Below, piece by piece: positions 24,862 through 36,950 of a DNA stretch of 64,000 nucleotides. The DNA is taken from positions 28,340,747 through 28,404,746 of the forward strand of contig NC_057719.1 of the NCBI RefSeq assembly GCF_004010195.1. Direction: 5' to 3'. Numbering within the stretch: the stretch's first letter is position 1; every line of letters begins with the position of its first letter. The position numbers and the translations under genes are program-made. Source of the DNA: Chiloscyllium plagiosum (lineage: Eukaryota). The notes beneath the pieces are model-generated. The model saw only the letters and a program-made list of their open reading frames with translations, was not told where the DNA came from and did not search any database.

Positions 24862-27065
24862 AATTTATTCATTTTGTTGGATCTGGGCATTGTTGGCTGG
24901 CCAGCATTTATTGCCTGTCCCTAGGTGCTCGTGAGAAGGTGGTGGTGAGCTGTGTTCTTGAATACCATTAGGGAGGGAATTCCAGGATTTTGACCCAACA
25001 ACAGTGAAGGAACAGTGATATATTTCCAAGTCAGATGGTGAATGGCTTGGAGGGAAACCTGAAGGTGGTGTTGTTCCCATATATCTGCTGCCCTTGTCTT
25101 TCTGGATGGAGGTGGTCGTGGGTATGGAAGGTGCTGTCTGAGGATCTTTGGTGAATTTCTGCAGTGCATCTTGTAGATAGTACACGCTGCTGTTACTGAG
25201 TGTCGGTGGAGGAGGGAGTTGATGTTTGTGGATGTAGTTCCAATCAAACGGGCTGCTTTGTCCTGGATGGTGTCAAGCCTCTAGATTGTTGTTGGGGCTG
25301 CACTTAACCAGGCAAATGGGGTGTATTTCATCACAATCCTGACTTGTGCCTTGTAGATGGCTTTGGAGAATCAGCAGGTGAGTTACCTACCACAGCATTC
25401 TTAGCCTCCGATCTGCTCTTGTATCCATTGCATTTATATGGTGAGTCCACTTGAGTTTCTGATCAATGATAACTTGCAGGATGTTGATAGTGGGGGATTC
25501 TGTGATGGTAACACCGTTGAATGTCAAGGGGTGGTGGTTAGATTGTCTCTTGCTGGTGATGGTCATAGACTGATATTTGTGTGATGTGAATGTTACTTGC
25601 CACTTAACAGCCCAAGGCTGGATATTGTCCAGATCTTGTTGCATTTGGACAAGAACTGTTTCATTGTCTGAGGAGTCATGAATGGTGCTGAACATTGTGC
25701 AATCATCAGTGAACATCTCCACTTCTGACCTTATGATGGACTGAAGGGCATTGATGAAGCAGCTGAAGATGGTTGGGCCTAGGAACTCCTGTAGATCTGT
25801 CCTGGAGCTGAGGTGATTGATCTCCAATAACCATGACCATCTTTGTATGGTCAGGTATGACATTACCACTGGAGAGTTTTCCCTGATACCCATTGATTCC
25901 AGTTTTGATAGGATTCCGCAATGCCACACTTGGTTTAATGCAGCCTTGACGTCTAGCATTGTCACTCTCACCTCCCCTCTGGAATTCAGCTCCTTTATCC
26001 ATGTTTGAACCAAGGCTGTAATGAGGTCAGGAGCTAAGTGGTCCTGGCTGTCACTGAGCAGGTTATTGCTGAGCAGGTGCTGCTTGATAGCACTGTTGAT
26101 GACACCTTCCATCCCTTTACTGATGATCGAGAGTAGACTGATGGGGCATTAATTGACTGGGTTGGATTTGTCCTGCTTTGTATGTACAGGCCATACTTGG
26201 GCAATTTTCCACAATATTGGGTAAATGCACGTGTTGTAACTGTACTGGAAGAGCTTGACTGGGTGAGCGGCAAGTTCCGGAGCACAAGGCTTCAGTACTA
26301 TTGCCGAAATGTTGTCAGGGCTGCTTCTGGTATGCCGTCCTGCTCTCTCCATTAAATCAGGGTTGATTCCCTGGTTTGATGGTAATGTTTGAGTGGGGAT
26401 ATGTCGGGCCATGAGGTTACAGATTGTGCTGGAGTACAATTCTGCGCTGTTGATGGCCCAAAGTGTCTAGCTCAATGCCTAATCGTGAGTTACTAGATCT
26501 GTTCAAAGTCTGTCCCATTTGGCACGGTGATAGTGCTACACAATATGATGGAGGTTATTTTCAATGTGAAGGGGGGACTTTGTCTCCAGAAGGATTGTGC
26601 GGTGGTTGCTCTTACTGATACTGTCATGGACAGATACATCTGAAGCTGGCAGATTTTTAAAGATGAGGTCAAGTATGTTTTTCCCTCTTGTTGGTTCCCT
26701 CACCACCTATGGCAGACCCAATCTAGCAGCTATGTCCTTGAGGACCCAACCAGCTCGATCAGTAATTCTGCTGCTGAACCACTCTTGGTAGTGGACATTG
26801 AAATCCCCCACCCAGAGTACATTTCTTGCCCTTGCCATCCTCAGTGTTTCCTCCAAGTGTTGTTCAACATCGCAAAGTATTGATTTATCACCTAAGGGAG
26901 GATGTTATGTGGTAATCAGCTGGAGGTTTCCTAGCCCACATTTAACCTGAAGCCACAAGACTGCATAGGATCCAGAGTTAATGTTGAGGACTCCCAGAGC
27001 AACTCCCCCACCGACTGTATACCACAGTGCCGCCACCTCTGCTGGGTCTGTACTGCCGGTGAGAA
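24862..27065 (-). mobile_element. Degenerate CR1-group LINE ORF2 (endonuclease relic + RT)
   Basis: ORF 25387-26112 reads MEGVINSAIKQHLLSNNLL..LDVKAALNQVWH..GPTIFSCFIN..MFTDDCT. Also SLLHRHSVTAACTIYKMHC and PDNISAIVLKPCAPELA. Confidence 0.9.
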
Positions 27066-27239
27066 TGAATAAAAAAAATGACACCAAATACTTTCCCTTT
27101 GCCTTGAAGCAGCTTCTAAGCTGGAGCAACAACTGTCTTCATCTCCAAAAAACAGAGGTGTGTGTTTGTGGCGCACATTAGAGTAACAACAGACTTTCAC
27201 TTTTTTTCTGACACTTTCCCACAGCAGGATTAGAAAAAA

Positions 27240-27502
27240 TGGTGGCTCAATGGTTAGCACTGCTGCATCATAGTACCAGGGATCCATGTTCAATTCCAAC
27301 CTTGGGTGACTGTCTGCAGTTTGCATGTTCTCCCTGGGGCTGCTCTGGTATCGTCCCACAGTCTAAAGACGTGCAGGTTAGGTGAATTGGTCATGCGAAA
27401 TTGCTCACAGTGTACAGGAATAGGGTGGGTGGATGGGATGCTCTTTGGAGAGTTGATGCAGTCTCGATGGGCCAAATGGCCTGCTTCCACACTGTCAGGA
27501 TT
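27240..27502 (+). mobile_element. HE1-like SINE (diverged)
   Basis: ggtggctcaatggttagcactgctgc...ttcaattcc...cccacagtctaaagacgtgcaggttagg...ggcctgcttccacactg. Confidence 0.8.
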
Positions 27503-29134
27503 ATTTAAAAAAACTTTCCTGGCTATAATCCCTCTGAAGTTGCTGAACTGGCAAAATGTAATTTATAGTGTTACCAGAAATGTTAATTTGTTTTGTGTTG
27601 AATGCAATAATTAGGAAAATAGTGCTCAAATTTCATTTTAAAGAAAAGTTAAATATAATGACAATGCAGACTGTTCCACAAGATAAAGTAGGAAGATCGA
27701 AAACTGAAACATTTGATGTGATATTCATATTTAGTTGAAGCACAGTTGTCTTTGGTGTGAATTATCATCACAACCAAAAGGTACGTGGAAATGTGCTTAT
27801 TTTCAGCAGAAATTCCCTTTCCAGCATAGAAAATAAGCATACAGCTTTCAAACTTATTAAAGAACAACTCAATGATAGAAATGGAGCGAAGCCAGTTTTC
27901 CACTTGCAGTGATGATATTTACTCTGGCTCAGTATTCTACAAATTACAGTCACGGCATCAGTCAATTTTCCATTCTGCCGGATTCACTCATTTTCCCTAT
28001 TGTTATTTCGTATTGTTTATTGCTCTTTCAGTTTCCATTATCTCTCTAATGTTGATTAAATGGTGTGTCAACTAACTTCCAGAAAGTTTGCATACTTTCT
28101 GATCTTTTCTCAAATGTTCGTTTTAATGTCTCAAATTTTCACCAAATATGTTTTAGATTCTTTTCTAACAAAACCCTTGAAATAATAATTACCAAAACAG
28201 ACAACATGACATCATTAGACATATTGAAAACTATTCTCTGTGCAGACCTGCTTCCCTTGAGAAAGTTTTCAACTAAATATTAAATCCGGTGGAAGCTCAT
28301 TCAGTGGAATGTTGTATTTATTATAAATAGGTCTGTACATTGTGCTGCAATGGTCTCCCTTGAGAGGTTAACATAGTGGTAAAAACTCTTCTAAACTCCT
28401 ACGTACAGTACATTAAAATTACTGGCATCCACAGGGAGAGGTGCAGCCCTGCTCTTAAACCTAATGTGGGATCACTTAGAAAATATCAGTCAAAATTGCA
28501 GGAAACGGCATATTTTGATGTGTAATTTTTCAAAGAGAGAGCATGTTCCCTGGCCCCCTGCCTTCCTCATAGGAGTCTGTGCCTCTGCTTATGAGATTTA
28601 CTTGTCATATCAACTAACTTACATGTTGGAAGCAATGCAGTTAGGTGTTAGGTTAGTCCCAGACATAGCACAGATTTTAGGAGAATTAGGAAAAAAGGTG
28701 TGACTTTGCCTCCTATTGAAATTTAAGCAATGCAAACATTGTTAGATTACGTATAATTCAAGGATATCATCGAAAATCTTCTAAATCTCAGTATCAGGTC
28801 TCTTGCTCTTTGCAGTTCTCAAAGAAATAAGGCCAAAGGCCCCAATATTGGGCCATCTTGGAACTCATTATGTCAGTGAAGGGACCTTAGCCTGCACGCA
28901 TCCATTTCCACTTCTCCCCTTTGCACAAAAGTAGGGCTGCCCATATTTCCAGGTTTACATGTCTTAGACTTTCATGGGCTTGTACAGAAATAGTGAATCA
29001 ATATTTAAATGATTTTTAATTACAAAGATGTGAAAACGACAGGCACGAAAACCGAGCTGGTCTATCAATCTTCATGATTAGATGTTTTGTTAAGTCTAGT
29101 TTGTTAAGTCTATCTGAGCAACAAAATTACTTAC

Positions 29135-29234
29135 GTTATTCTCACAGCACTCTTCTGGACCATTTCCAAGACCACTACATCATCCATTGTTTAAGCAAAA
29201 CTGAGCACGGAAATTATGCTTTATCATGTCTCTC
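29135..29234 (-). other. Candidate 100-nt exon, stop-containing, of the putative host gene
   Basis: Acceptor atctgttttag|GAGAGACATG and donor AATAAC|gtaagt. Frame 0 reads ERHDKA*. Confidence 0.3.
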
Positions 29235-29427
29235 CTAAAACAGATTACTTTGACCAATGTAAGACTCCATTAGAATACAACAAGATTCCACAATCATAAA
29301 TTAAACGAATGACGAGTTTGTCAACTTCTGAGGATTAATCTATTTAACATTCTCAAAATGTTTATCACAATGATCTAATCCGAAAACTTTTCATTAATAT
29401 AATTAAGTTGTTATGGCGCAGAAGGAA

Positions 29428-29520
29428 TCGAGAGTGTTGTGCTGGAAAAGCACATCAGGTCAGGCAGTATCCAAAGAGCAGGTGAATTGATTTTTCGGGC
29501 TTAAGCTCTTCATCAGGAAT
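29428..29520 (-). mobile_element. PLE terminal-repeat fragment with degenerate hammerhead motif
   Basis: Minus strand CTGATGAAGAGCTTAAGCCCGAAAA. Flanked by gcgcagaaggaa and gcacagaaggaa. Confidence 0.75.
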
Positions 29521-29623
29521 GCACAGAAGGAAGCTATTCAATCCATCATGCCTCTTTAAATGAGCATCATTCCCTAGCAACAATCTCCGTTATTTTCCCC
29601 ATAGGTTTGCGCACTATTTCTAT

Positions 29624-29908
29624 CGGCACGGTGGCTCAGTGGTCAGCACTGCTGCCTCACAGCACCAGGGTCCAAGGTTCAACTCCAGCCTTGGGTGACT
29701 GCCTGTGTGGAGTTTGCACATTCTCCCTGTGTCTGTTGTGGGTTTCCTCCCACAGTCCAAAGATGTGCAGTTCAGATGAATTGGACATGTTAAATTACCG
29801 ATAGTGTAGGTGCATTAGTCAGAGGGAAATGGGTCTGGGTGGGTTCCTCTTCGGAAGGTCAGTGTTGGGCTGAAGGCCCTGTTTCTGCACTGTAGGGAAT
29901 CTAATCTA
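29624..29908 (+). mobile_element. HE1-like SINE
   Basis: ggcacggtggctcagtggtcagcactgctgcc...tgtagggaatctaatcta. Confidence 0.88.
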
Positions 29909-30194
29909 AATAGTCATTCAATGCCTTAATTGAAGTTGCCCTCATTACACTTCCAGGCAGGACATTCCATATGCTAACTATTTCCTCTGTGAATATTACT
30001 TTGACTTATTTCTAATTATTGGTATTGGAAAATCTGTCAATAAGTGTACAAAATATCACACAGTATATTAGAACTTTAATGCTCGATTGAATACAACCGT
30101 GACGTTCCATGATGAAGTGTGAGTGAGTTGTGATCAAGTGGATTAATATTTCCACTGTCAACTAAGATGTTCCAACATCACTTTTAAAATTAAT

Positions 30195-30335
30195 ATAAAA
30201 GCAAAATACTGAGGATACTGGAAATCTAGAACAAACAGTTCTGGAGAAGAATCAGACCAGACTCAAAACGTTAACTGCTTTTCTCTCTGCAGATGCTACA
30301 AGGCCTGCTGAGTTTCTCCAGCATTCTCTGTGTTT
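30195..30335. mobile_element. Short PLE-related terminal repeat (another subfamily)
   Basis: gcaaaatactgaggatactggaaatct...actcaaaacgttaactgcttttctctctgcagatgct...cctgctgagtttctccagcatt. Confidence 0.5.
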
Positions 30336-30480
30336 CCAGTCTCTAAAAACTAATCCCGAGTTATGATGTTGGTTGAGTATCCATTGTCAAACATTAGGAT
30401 TGCAAATAATCCCACCTAGGATGTGACAGAGAAGATAGTGCAGGATCATAATTAGGCAAGTTGACCCTATAGACATACTC

Positions 30481-30607
30481 AGGAAAAAGTGAAGGTTACA
30501 GATACTGGAGATCAGAATCGAAGAGTATGGTGCTGGAAAAGCAGGTCAGGCAGCATCCGAGGAGCAGGAGAATCGACATTTCAGGCATAAACCTTTCATC
30601 AGGAATG
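30481..30607 (-). mobile_element. PLE terminal-repeat fragment
   Basis: Minus strand cattcCTGATGAaaggtttatgcctGAAAtgtcgattctcctgctcctcgg. Confidence 0.75.
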
Positions 30608-31199
30608 AGGCCTATAGAGATACTCACCCTATTCTTGCCACCTCAGCAATTGTGCTGTGTGACACCATCCAAGGTAACCCCAAATATATCCCTTAAGTGT
30701 TCAATTCATTACTACATAAAGGCCTCAACTCACCTCTGCCCTAATTATCTTCTTGGCAGGCAAGAGATGTAGCTTAATTCTTGACTTTGAAACCAGGGTA
30801 ACCTGTCAGCTGATATGTGGGGACAGACTGTACTTGCTCCAATCTGGGCCCAATAGGGTTTGGATAGGGGATAAGTATATGGTCACTGAAGACTTATCCC
30901 CTTCCCTCCAGCAACCCTTACCACAGGAAATCCTTCTTGCTGTTGGATCCCCTGAAAGTTGGGGACTCCAGCAACTATCTCTAGGACCAGAAGCTACTAG
31001 CAACTGATGGCTGCCAGCGTCTGATGGGGTTGGACAGTACTGTCGAGGTGTATAATTCACTGTGAATCTCACCAGTCAGTTCGCTAGTGACTAGAGAGCT
31101 TTCTCATCAGTTAGGGCAGAGAGTCAGTCACCCCCTGAAACCTGCCACAAACTTGGTGCCATTATTCAATTTCAACATGAGCCCCATGTTCTATTAAGT

Positions 31200-31470
31200 A
31201 GCCGATTTAAAACAGAAATGAGGAGAAATGACTTCTCTCAAAGGCTCATGAATCTATGGAATTCACTACTCCAGAGAGTGCTGGATACTGAAATACTGAG
31301 TAAATTTAAGGAGGAGACAGATAGATTTTTAATTAATAATATGTTGAAGGGTCATAGACAGCAGGCAGTAAATTGGTGTTAAGGCCAAGATGAGATCAGC
31401 CATGATCGTATCAAATGCAGGAGCAGGCTTGAGGGGCTGGATTGCCGACTCCTGCTCTTAGTTCTTATGC
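31200..31470 (+). mobile_element. CR1 LINE 3' fragment
   Basis: acagaaatgaggagaaatgacttctctcaaagg...agatcagccatgatc...ctcctgctct. Confidence 0.75.
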
Positions 31471-31792
31471 TATCAAGACTAGAGGTGAGTTTAAAACACT
31501 TCCCAAATAGTACAACTTAATTTTTGCCCAGTAATAGCATATTATTATGAACAGAACATTTGTACTCCCTTTACTGCCTATCAACAGTGTGTTTGTATGT
31601 GTAAGAGTTTTTTTTAATACCCGTGGAATATGAATCCCATTGAATAATTTTAAGCAGAGAGCATTTGTGAGTTAAACAATCAAGGTAATGTGCACCCTGT
31701 GACTGTAATATGACATTTCACCCACACATTGTTAACAAGTATTAGCTACACGTGAAAGTAATATTCTGTTACAGATAGTGTCCCTCAGCTGA

Positions 31793-31900
31793 GGGGCTTT
31801 TGTGGTACAGTGGTAGTATCCCTACCTTTGATCCAGGAGACCCAGGTTCAAGTCCTACCTGCTCATGTGTCACAACATGTCTGAATAGCTTGATTTGGAA
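31793..31900 (+). mobile_element. tRNA-derived SINE head
   Basis: A-box gtggtacagtggtag and B-box ggttcaagtcc. No cloverleaf closure. Confidence 0.55.
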
Positions 31901-32156
31901 GTATAATTATCTCAGCCTTTGATTTAAAATCAACAGTTTTCAAGGTTATTGCTATCAATTACCTTGGCTGCTTTCTGACTTGTAGACATATAATCTATGT
32001 TCATAGACTGACTTTCTCATCATGTGACTTTTACACCTTTAACATCCTTTTTCCAACTAAGGGATGGTATGTATGTTGATTCTAACACTCTGTTTTAATA
32101 TGTAATATCTTTGAGGTTTACTCAACCTAACTTCGATTGGAGAAAGCATCATAATA

Positions 32157-32330
32157 CAGAGGAACCCCGACTATCCAAAGGACAACGGCGAGGAGTATTT
32201 CGTTCGGCTAATTGAATTCCGGAAAATTGAATGTCAGATAACATAGTTTAGCCAAGCATTGGGACCTTGCGATCTTGCCAGATAATCTAATATTCAGACA
32301 ATCAAATGCCGGCTAATCGAGGTTCCTCTG
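32157..32330. mobile_element. Tc1/mariner-superfamily (Tigger/pogo-like) MITE
   Basis: TIRs cagaggaaccccgactatcc and ggctaatcgaggttcctctg (17/20 complementary), TA on both sides, 174 bp. Confidence 0.85.
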
Positions 32331-32812
32331 TACTATGAAAAGCTGATCAGCACCATTCACGTCCATCCGTCTCAAACTGGATTTCCGTAAACCCTTTTAT
32401 TCAGAATGAAAGATGGAGAGAGAGAGAGAGACTCGAAATTCCACTTTCCTGTTACACTGCTTCATTCTTATTTATGTATCAATGTATGAATTCCCCCAAT
32501 GGCTGTGAATACCTATTTTAAATTAGTCACTTCAGAATCGGTACTATCAGTAGTTCAAATCCTAAAGATCACATGAAATTACAAAAGCCATTTTAATTGC
32601 CTGTTTGAATTCGCTTTTTAGAAATATTGATGCATTCTGTTCCCTATATAATAATAAATTGGATGAAAGATGCAGTTTGCAAAGTAGAGTTTGGAATGAC
32701 GGCAGTTTGAAACAACAAAGGGGGGAATTTAAAATAGCGAGTGCAGTTACAGTACACTATAGTCCCACAGTTGCTTTTCAGGTCATCTGTAGTTTTAAGA
32801 CTTTAAACAAAT

Positions 32813-33530
32813 AAGAACAGGAGTAGGCCATTCAGCCTTTGAACCTGCTCCAATATTCAATTGCATCATGGCTGATCTGTGTCTGAACTCTATTCACTCA
32901 CATTGTTCCATATCTTTCAATATCCTTACCTACCAGAAATTTATCAATCACAGCCCCAAAATTTCAATTATCTCAGAAACCACAACCTTTTTGGAGGAGT
33001 GAATCCCAGGTTTCCATGACATTTTGAGTGACAAGTTTCTTCTTTTTTCACCACTAGTTAGTGTATGGTCCAATTTTAAGCAATGTGTTCTGGATTTTCC
33101 CACCAGTGGAAATAATTTCACTGTTTCTACTCTTTCAAATACTTCATCATTTTAAAGACCTTGAATTGGTCACACACTGAATCCAACGGAAAGCAAATCA
33201 TATTTATGCAATATTCCCTTATAACTTAATCCAGAGTTTATCAATGTGGTGTTTGAGACCTCAAGTGAGGGTCATGAACTCTGAAGCAGCTCCACTCCCC
33301 ACCGTCACAACCCCCAATTCTGACAGCTGTTACTGAGGGGCTCACAAAGACTTTCAAGGCTTAAAATGGGGTCACAGTGGGAGACGATTTGGGAAGCATT
33401 GATGTAGGCCTTTAAATTCAGATTCATTCTGATGAATCATCACTGTTCCCCCTCTAATATCAATATATCTTTTCAAAGGGTTGGTGCCAAAAACCGAGCT
33501 TTGCACTCTGCAAGGAGGCTAACCAACTGA
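32813..33530 (-). mobile_element. Old CR1 LINE 3' fragment
   Basis: ataagaacaggagtaggccattcagccttt...catggctgatct tail plus degraded ORF2 text. Confidence 0.65.
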
Positions 33531-33624
33531 AGCATACTGTCCATATTTTTATACTCCAGCTTCTCTGAGAAAAATGTACCTCTTGACTTTAAATTACAAC
33601 CTTCCAGGAGGAAATGGGTTTTAC

Positions 33625-33653
33625 CTCTTCACTTAGTCTTTCTGATTCCGTTG
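33625..33653 (-). other. Candidate 29-nt micro-exon
   Basis: tttattaataatag|CAACGGAATCAGAAAGACTAAGTGAAGAG|gtaaaa. Reads (x)TESERLSEE, phase 1 to 0. Confidence 0.25.
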
Positions 33654-33719
33654 CTATTATTAATAAATATGGACAAAATACCAATAATGATAAAGAAAGA
33701 ACAACCTAACAAATATGCA

Positions 33720-34150
33720 TTTAGATATCACAATGTCCTGTTTGCAAAAGGTTCCAAAGACCTTCTCAGCCAATTACTTTCTTACAACATGTAGTCAGAG
33801 TGACAACTAAAAATGGCAAAAGGAAATTGCATAAAGAGAGAGCCCACTGACAACAAAAAAGACAAATGATTGATGTTAGCAATGTTTGAGATTGATGTGT
33901 CTCGGATCATGTTGGTTGAAGGAAATATGTTGTCAAGGACCCCAAGAAAACTCCCTTACCTTCTTCAAATAGTCAATGCAATCTTTTATTTCAACCAAAA
34001 TTGGCAAACAGAGCCTCAGTTCAAAGTTTCACTGGGAAGTGAGGGAATTTCAACTCCCTCAGCACTGCATTGAAGTGCTAACCTACATCCCCGAGTTGGA
34101 TTTGATCATTCTGATCAGAGGCAAATGTTTAATTTGCAGGCTTAGAAGTT
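33720..34150 (-). mobile_element. DeuSINE-like ancient SINE relic
   Basis: gttggttgaaggaaatatgttgtcaaggacc...ctcccttaccttcttcaaatagt...ctccctcagcactgcattgaagtg resembles the antisense Deu-family body. Confidence 0.55.
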
Positions 34151-34365
34151 TCACAGGTTCAAGTATAAATTAGCAAACTACAGTTGAACATCAACACAAT
34201 ACATGTTTTTGCCAATTAGTTCTCAAATGGTACTGGTTGTTATGGTTATTTACAGGACACAGATTATTATTACTAGTTCTAAGATAGTTTCATAAACAAT
34301 TATGATTTTAATAAAAGATCACCTACATATGAATGAGCAATAATGCTAATGAGAACCATTTCTGT

Positions 34366-34677
34366 GGGTGGCACGGTGGCACAGTGGTTAGCACTGCTGC
34401 CTCACAGCGCCAGAGACCCGGGTTCAATTCCCGCCTCAGGCGACTGACTGTGTGGAGTTTGCACATTCTCCCCGTGTCTGCGTGGGTTTCCTCCGGGTGC
34501 TCCGGTTTCCTCCCACAGTCCATAGATGTGCAGGTCAGGTGAATTAGCCATGCTAAATTGCCCGTTGTGTTAGGTAAGGGGTAGATGTAGGAGTATGGGT
34601 GGGTTGCACTTCGGCGGGGCGGTGTGGACTTGTTGGGCCGAAGGGCCTGTTTCCACACTGTAAGTAATCTAATCTAA
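34366..34677 (+). mobile_element. Young HE1-like SINE
   Basis: CpG-rich, near-consensus: ggcacggtggcacagtggttagc...ccgggttcaattcccgcc...gtttccacactgtaagtaatctaatcta. Confidence 0.92.
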
Positions 34678-35251
34678 TACATACAATTCCCCAGCATTGA
34701 AGTTCTCAAGTTCTAATGAACACAAGCACTTCAGCAGCATGTCAGGGAATGCCATCACTAACCTAGCTTTTCTATTCAATCATGAGATGTGCACACCACT
34801 GGCTGGCCAGCATTTATTGCCCACCCCTAGTTGCCCTTAAGCAAAATGCCTTATTGAATCACTACAGTCCATATACTGCAGGTAGACCCCCAATGTCCTT
34901 AGGGAAGGAATTCCAGGATTTTAACCTGGGGACAATGAAGGAACGGTGATATATTTCCAAGTCAGGCTGGTGAGTGACTTGGAGGGGAAAGTGCAGGTAG
35001 TATTATTCCCATATATCTGTTAAAAATGTGTTGCTGGAAAAGCGCAGCAGGTCAGGCAGCATCCAAGGAACAGGAGAATCGACGTTTTGGGCATAAGCCC
35101 TTCTTCAGGAATGAGGAAAGTGTGTCCAGCAGGCTAAGATAAAAGGTAGGGAGGAGGGACTTGGGGGAGGGGCTTTGGAAATGCGATAGGTGGAGGGAGG
35201 TCAAGGTGAGGGTGATAGGCCGGAGTGGGGGCGGAGAGGTCAGGAAGATGA

Positions 35252-35950
35252 NNNNNNNNNNNNNNNNNNNNNNNNNNNNNNNNNNNNNNNNNNNNNNNNN
35301 NNNNNNNNNNNNNNNNNNNNNNNNNNNNNNNNNNNNNNNNNNNNNNNNNNNNNNNNNNNNNNNNNNNNNNNNNNNNNNNNNNNNNNNNNNNNNNNNNNNN
35401 NNNNNNNNNNNNNNNNNNNNNNNNNNNNNNNNNNNNNNNNNNNNNNNNNNNNNNNNNNNNNNNNNNNNNNNNNNNNNNNNNNNNNNNNNNNNNNNNNNNN
35501 NNNNNNNNNNNNNNNNNNNNNNNNNNNNNNNNNNNNNNNNNNNNNNNNNNNNNNNNNNNNNNNNNNNNNNNNNNNNNNNNNNNNNNNNNNNNNNNNNNNN
35601 NNNNNNNNNNNNNNNNNNNNNNNNNNNNNNNNNNNNNNNNNNNNNNNNNNNNNNNNNNNNNNNNNNNNNNNNNNNNNNNNNNNNNNNNNNNNNNNNNNNN
35701 NNNNNNNNNNNNNNNNNNNNNNNNNNNNNNNNNNNNNNNNNNNNNNNNNNNNNNNNNNNNNNNNNNNNNNNNNNNNNNNNNNNNNNNNNNNNNNNNNNNN
35801 NNNNNNNNNNNNNNNNNNNNNNNNNNNNNNNNNNNNNNNNNNNNNNNNNNNNNNNNNNNNNNNNNNNNNNNNNNNNNNNNNNNNNNNNNNNNNNNNNNNN
35901 NNNNNNNNNNNNNNNNNNNNNNNNNNNNNNNNNNNNNNNNNNNNNNNNNN
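35252..35950. other. Assembly gap (699 N)
   Basis: Run of N. Confidence 1.
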
Positions 35951-36010
35951 GCCCCTCCCCCAAGTCCCTCTTCCCTACCTTTTATCTTAGCCTGCTGGAC
36001 ACACTTTCCT

Positions 36011-36048
36011 CATTCCTGAAGAAGGGCTTATGCCCGAAACGTCGATTC
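36011..36048 (+). ncRNA. Minimal hammerhead ribozyme motif (PLE family A)
   Basis: CTGAAGA-a-GGGC-TTAT-GCCC-GAAA-C-GTC. Core intact, palindromic ACGT in place of stem III, stem I only about 2 bp. Confidence 0.65.
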
Positions 36049-36609
36049 TCCTGTTCCTTGGATGCTACCTGACCTGCTGCGCTTTTCCAGCAACACATTT
36101 TCAGCTCTGATCTCCAGTCTGCAGTCCTCACTTTCTCCATATATCTGTTGCCCCTGTCCTTCTAGATGGAAGTGGTAATGGGTTTAGAAGGTGCTGCCTA
36201 AGGATCTTTGGTGGATTTCTGCAGTGCATATTGTACATAAAATGTACTGTTGCTATCTAGCATTGATGGTGGGGGGAGTGGATGTTTGTGGATGTGGTGC
36301 TAATCAAGCAGGTTGCTTTGTCCTGGATGGTGCCAAGCTTCTTGAGTGTTGTTGGGGCTGCACCTATCCAGGCAACTGTGAATTATTCCATCACACTCCT
36401 AACTTGGGCCTTGTAGAGGGTGGACAGGCTTTGGAAAATCAGGAGGTGAGTTACCCACTGTAGTATTCCTAGCCTCTGACCTGCTCTTATAGCCAATGTG
36501 TTGATGTGGTGAGTACAATTGAGTTTTGGTCAATGGTAACCTGAAGGATATTGATCATAGGGGATTCAGTGATGGTAACACCATTGAGTATTAAGGCCTT
36601 TGGTGGGAA

Positions 36610-36950
36610 CAGTGTACTGAGTTAGATGATCAGCCATGATCATACTGACTGGTGAAGCAGGCTCAAAGGGCCCAGTGGTCCATTCCTGCTCCTATTTTCT
36701 ATGTTCATATTACATAGAGTCATATATTCATTGAGATGTACAGTATAGAAACAGACCCTTCGGTCCAACTCGTCCCTGCTGACCAGATGTCCTTAATTAA
36801 TCTATTCCCATTGGCCAGCACTTGGTCCATATTGCTCTAAACCCTTCTTATTCATGTACCTATCCAGATGCCTTTTAAATGTACCAGCCTCCACCACTTC
36901 CTCTGGCAGCCCATTCCATACATGCACAATCCTTTGTGTGAAAAAGTTTG
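36610..36950. mobile_element. Two tail-to-tail CR1 3' fragments
   Basis: Plus-strand tail gatcagccatgatc..ttttctatgttc followed by a minus-strand tail. ORF 36802-37005 reads FFTQRIVHVWNGLPEEVVEAG. Confidence 0.75.

Larger units (their letters stand above)
35022..36136. mobile_element. Young Penelope-like element with inverted terminal repeats, spanning an assembly gap
   Basis: 35022-35172 is the near-perfect reverse complement of 35951-36100. Exact 13-bp duplication ccatatatctgtt at 35009-35021 and 36137-36149. Confidence 0.85.
34775..36600 (-). mobile_element. CR1-group LINE 3' fragment (family of 24862-27065), split by a PLE
   Basis: ggccagcatttattgccc...gatatatttccaagtcagg...ccatatatctgtt, resuming at 36150 with gcccctgtccttctagatgg. 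Confidence 0.8.

Noticed and set aside
33230..33402. hAT/Charlie-like MITE inside a CR1 relic
   Set aside because: TIR match is weak and the 8-bp flanks do not match.
17030..33653. Naming the putative host gene (the micro-exon and 'AATAA' last-exon start are reminiscent of CD47)
   Set aside because: No transmembrane or Ig exons were found, and the similarity is too short to support a name.
35052..36072. Three 266-303 aa ORFs
   Set aside because: Artefacts of translating through the N gap.
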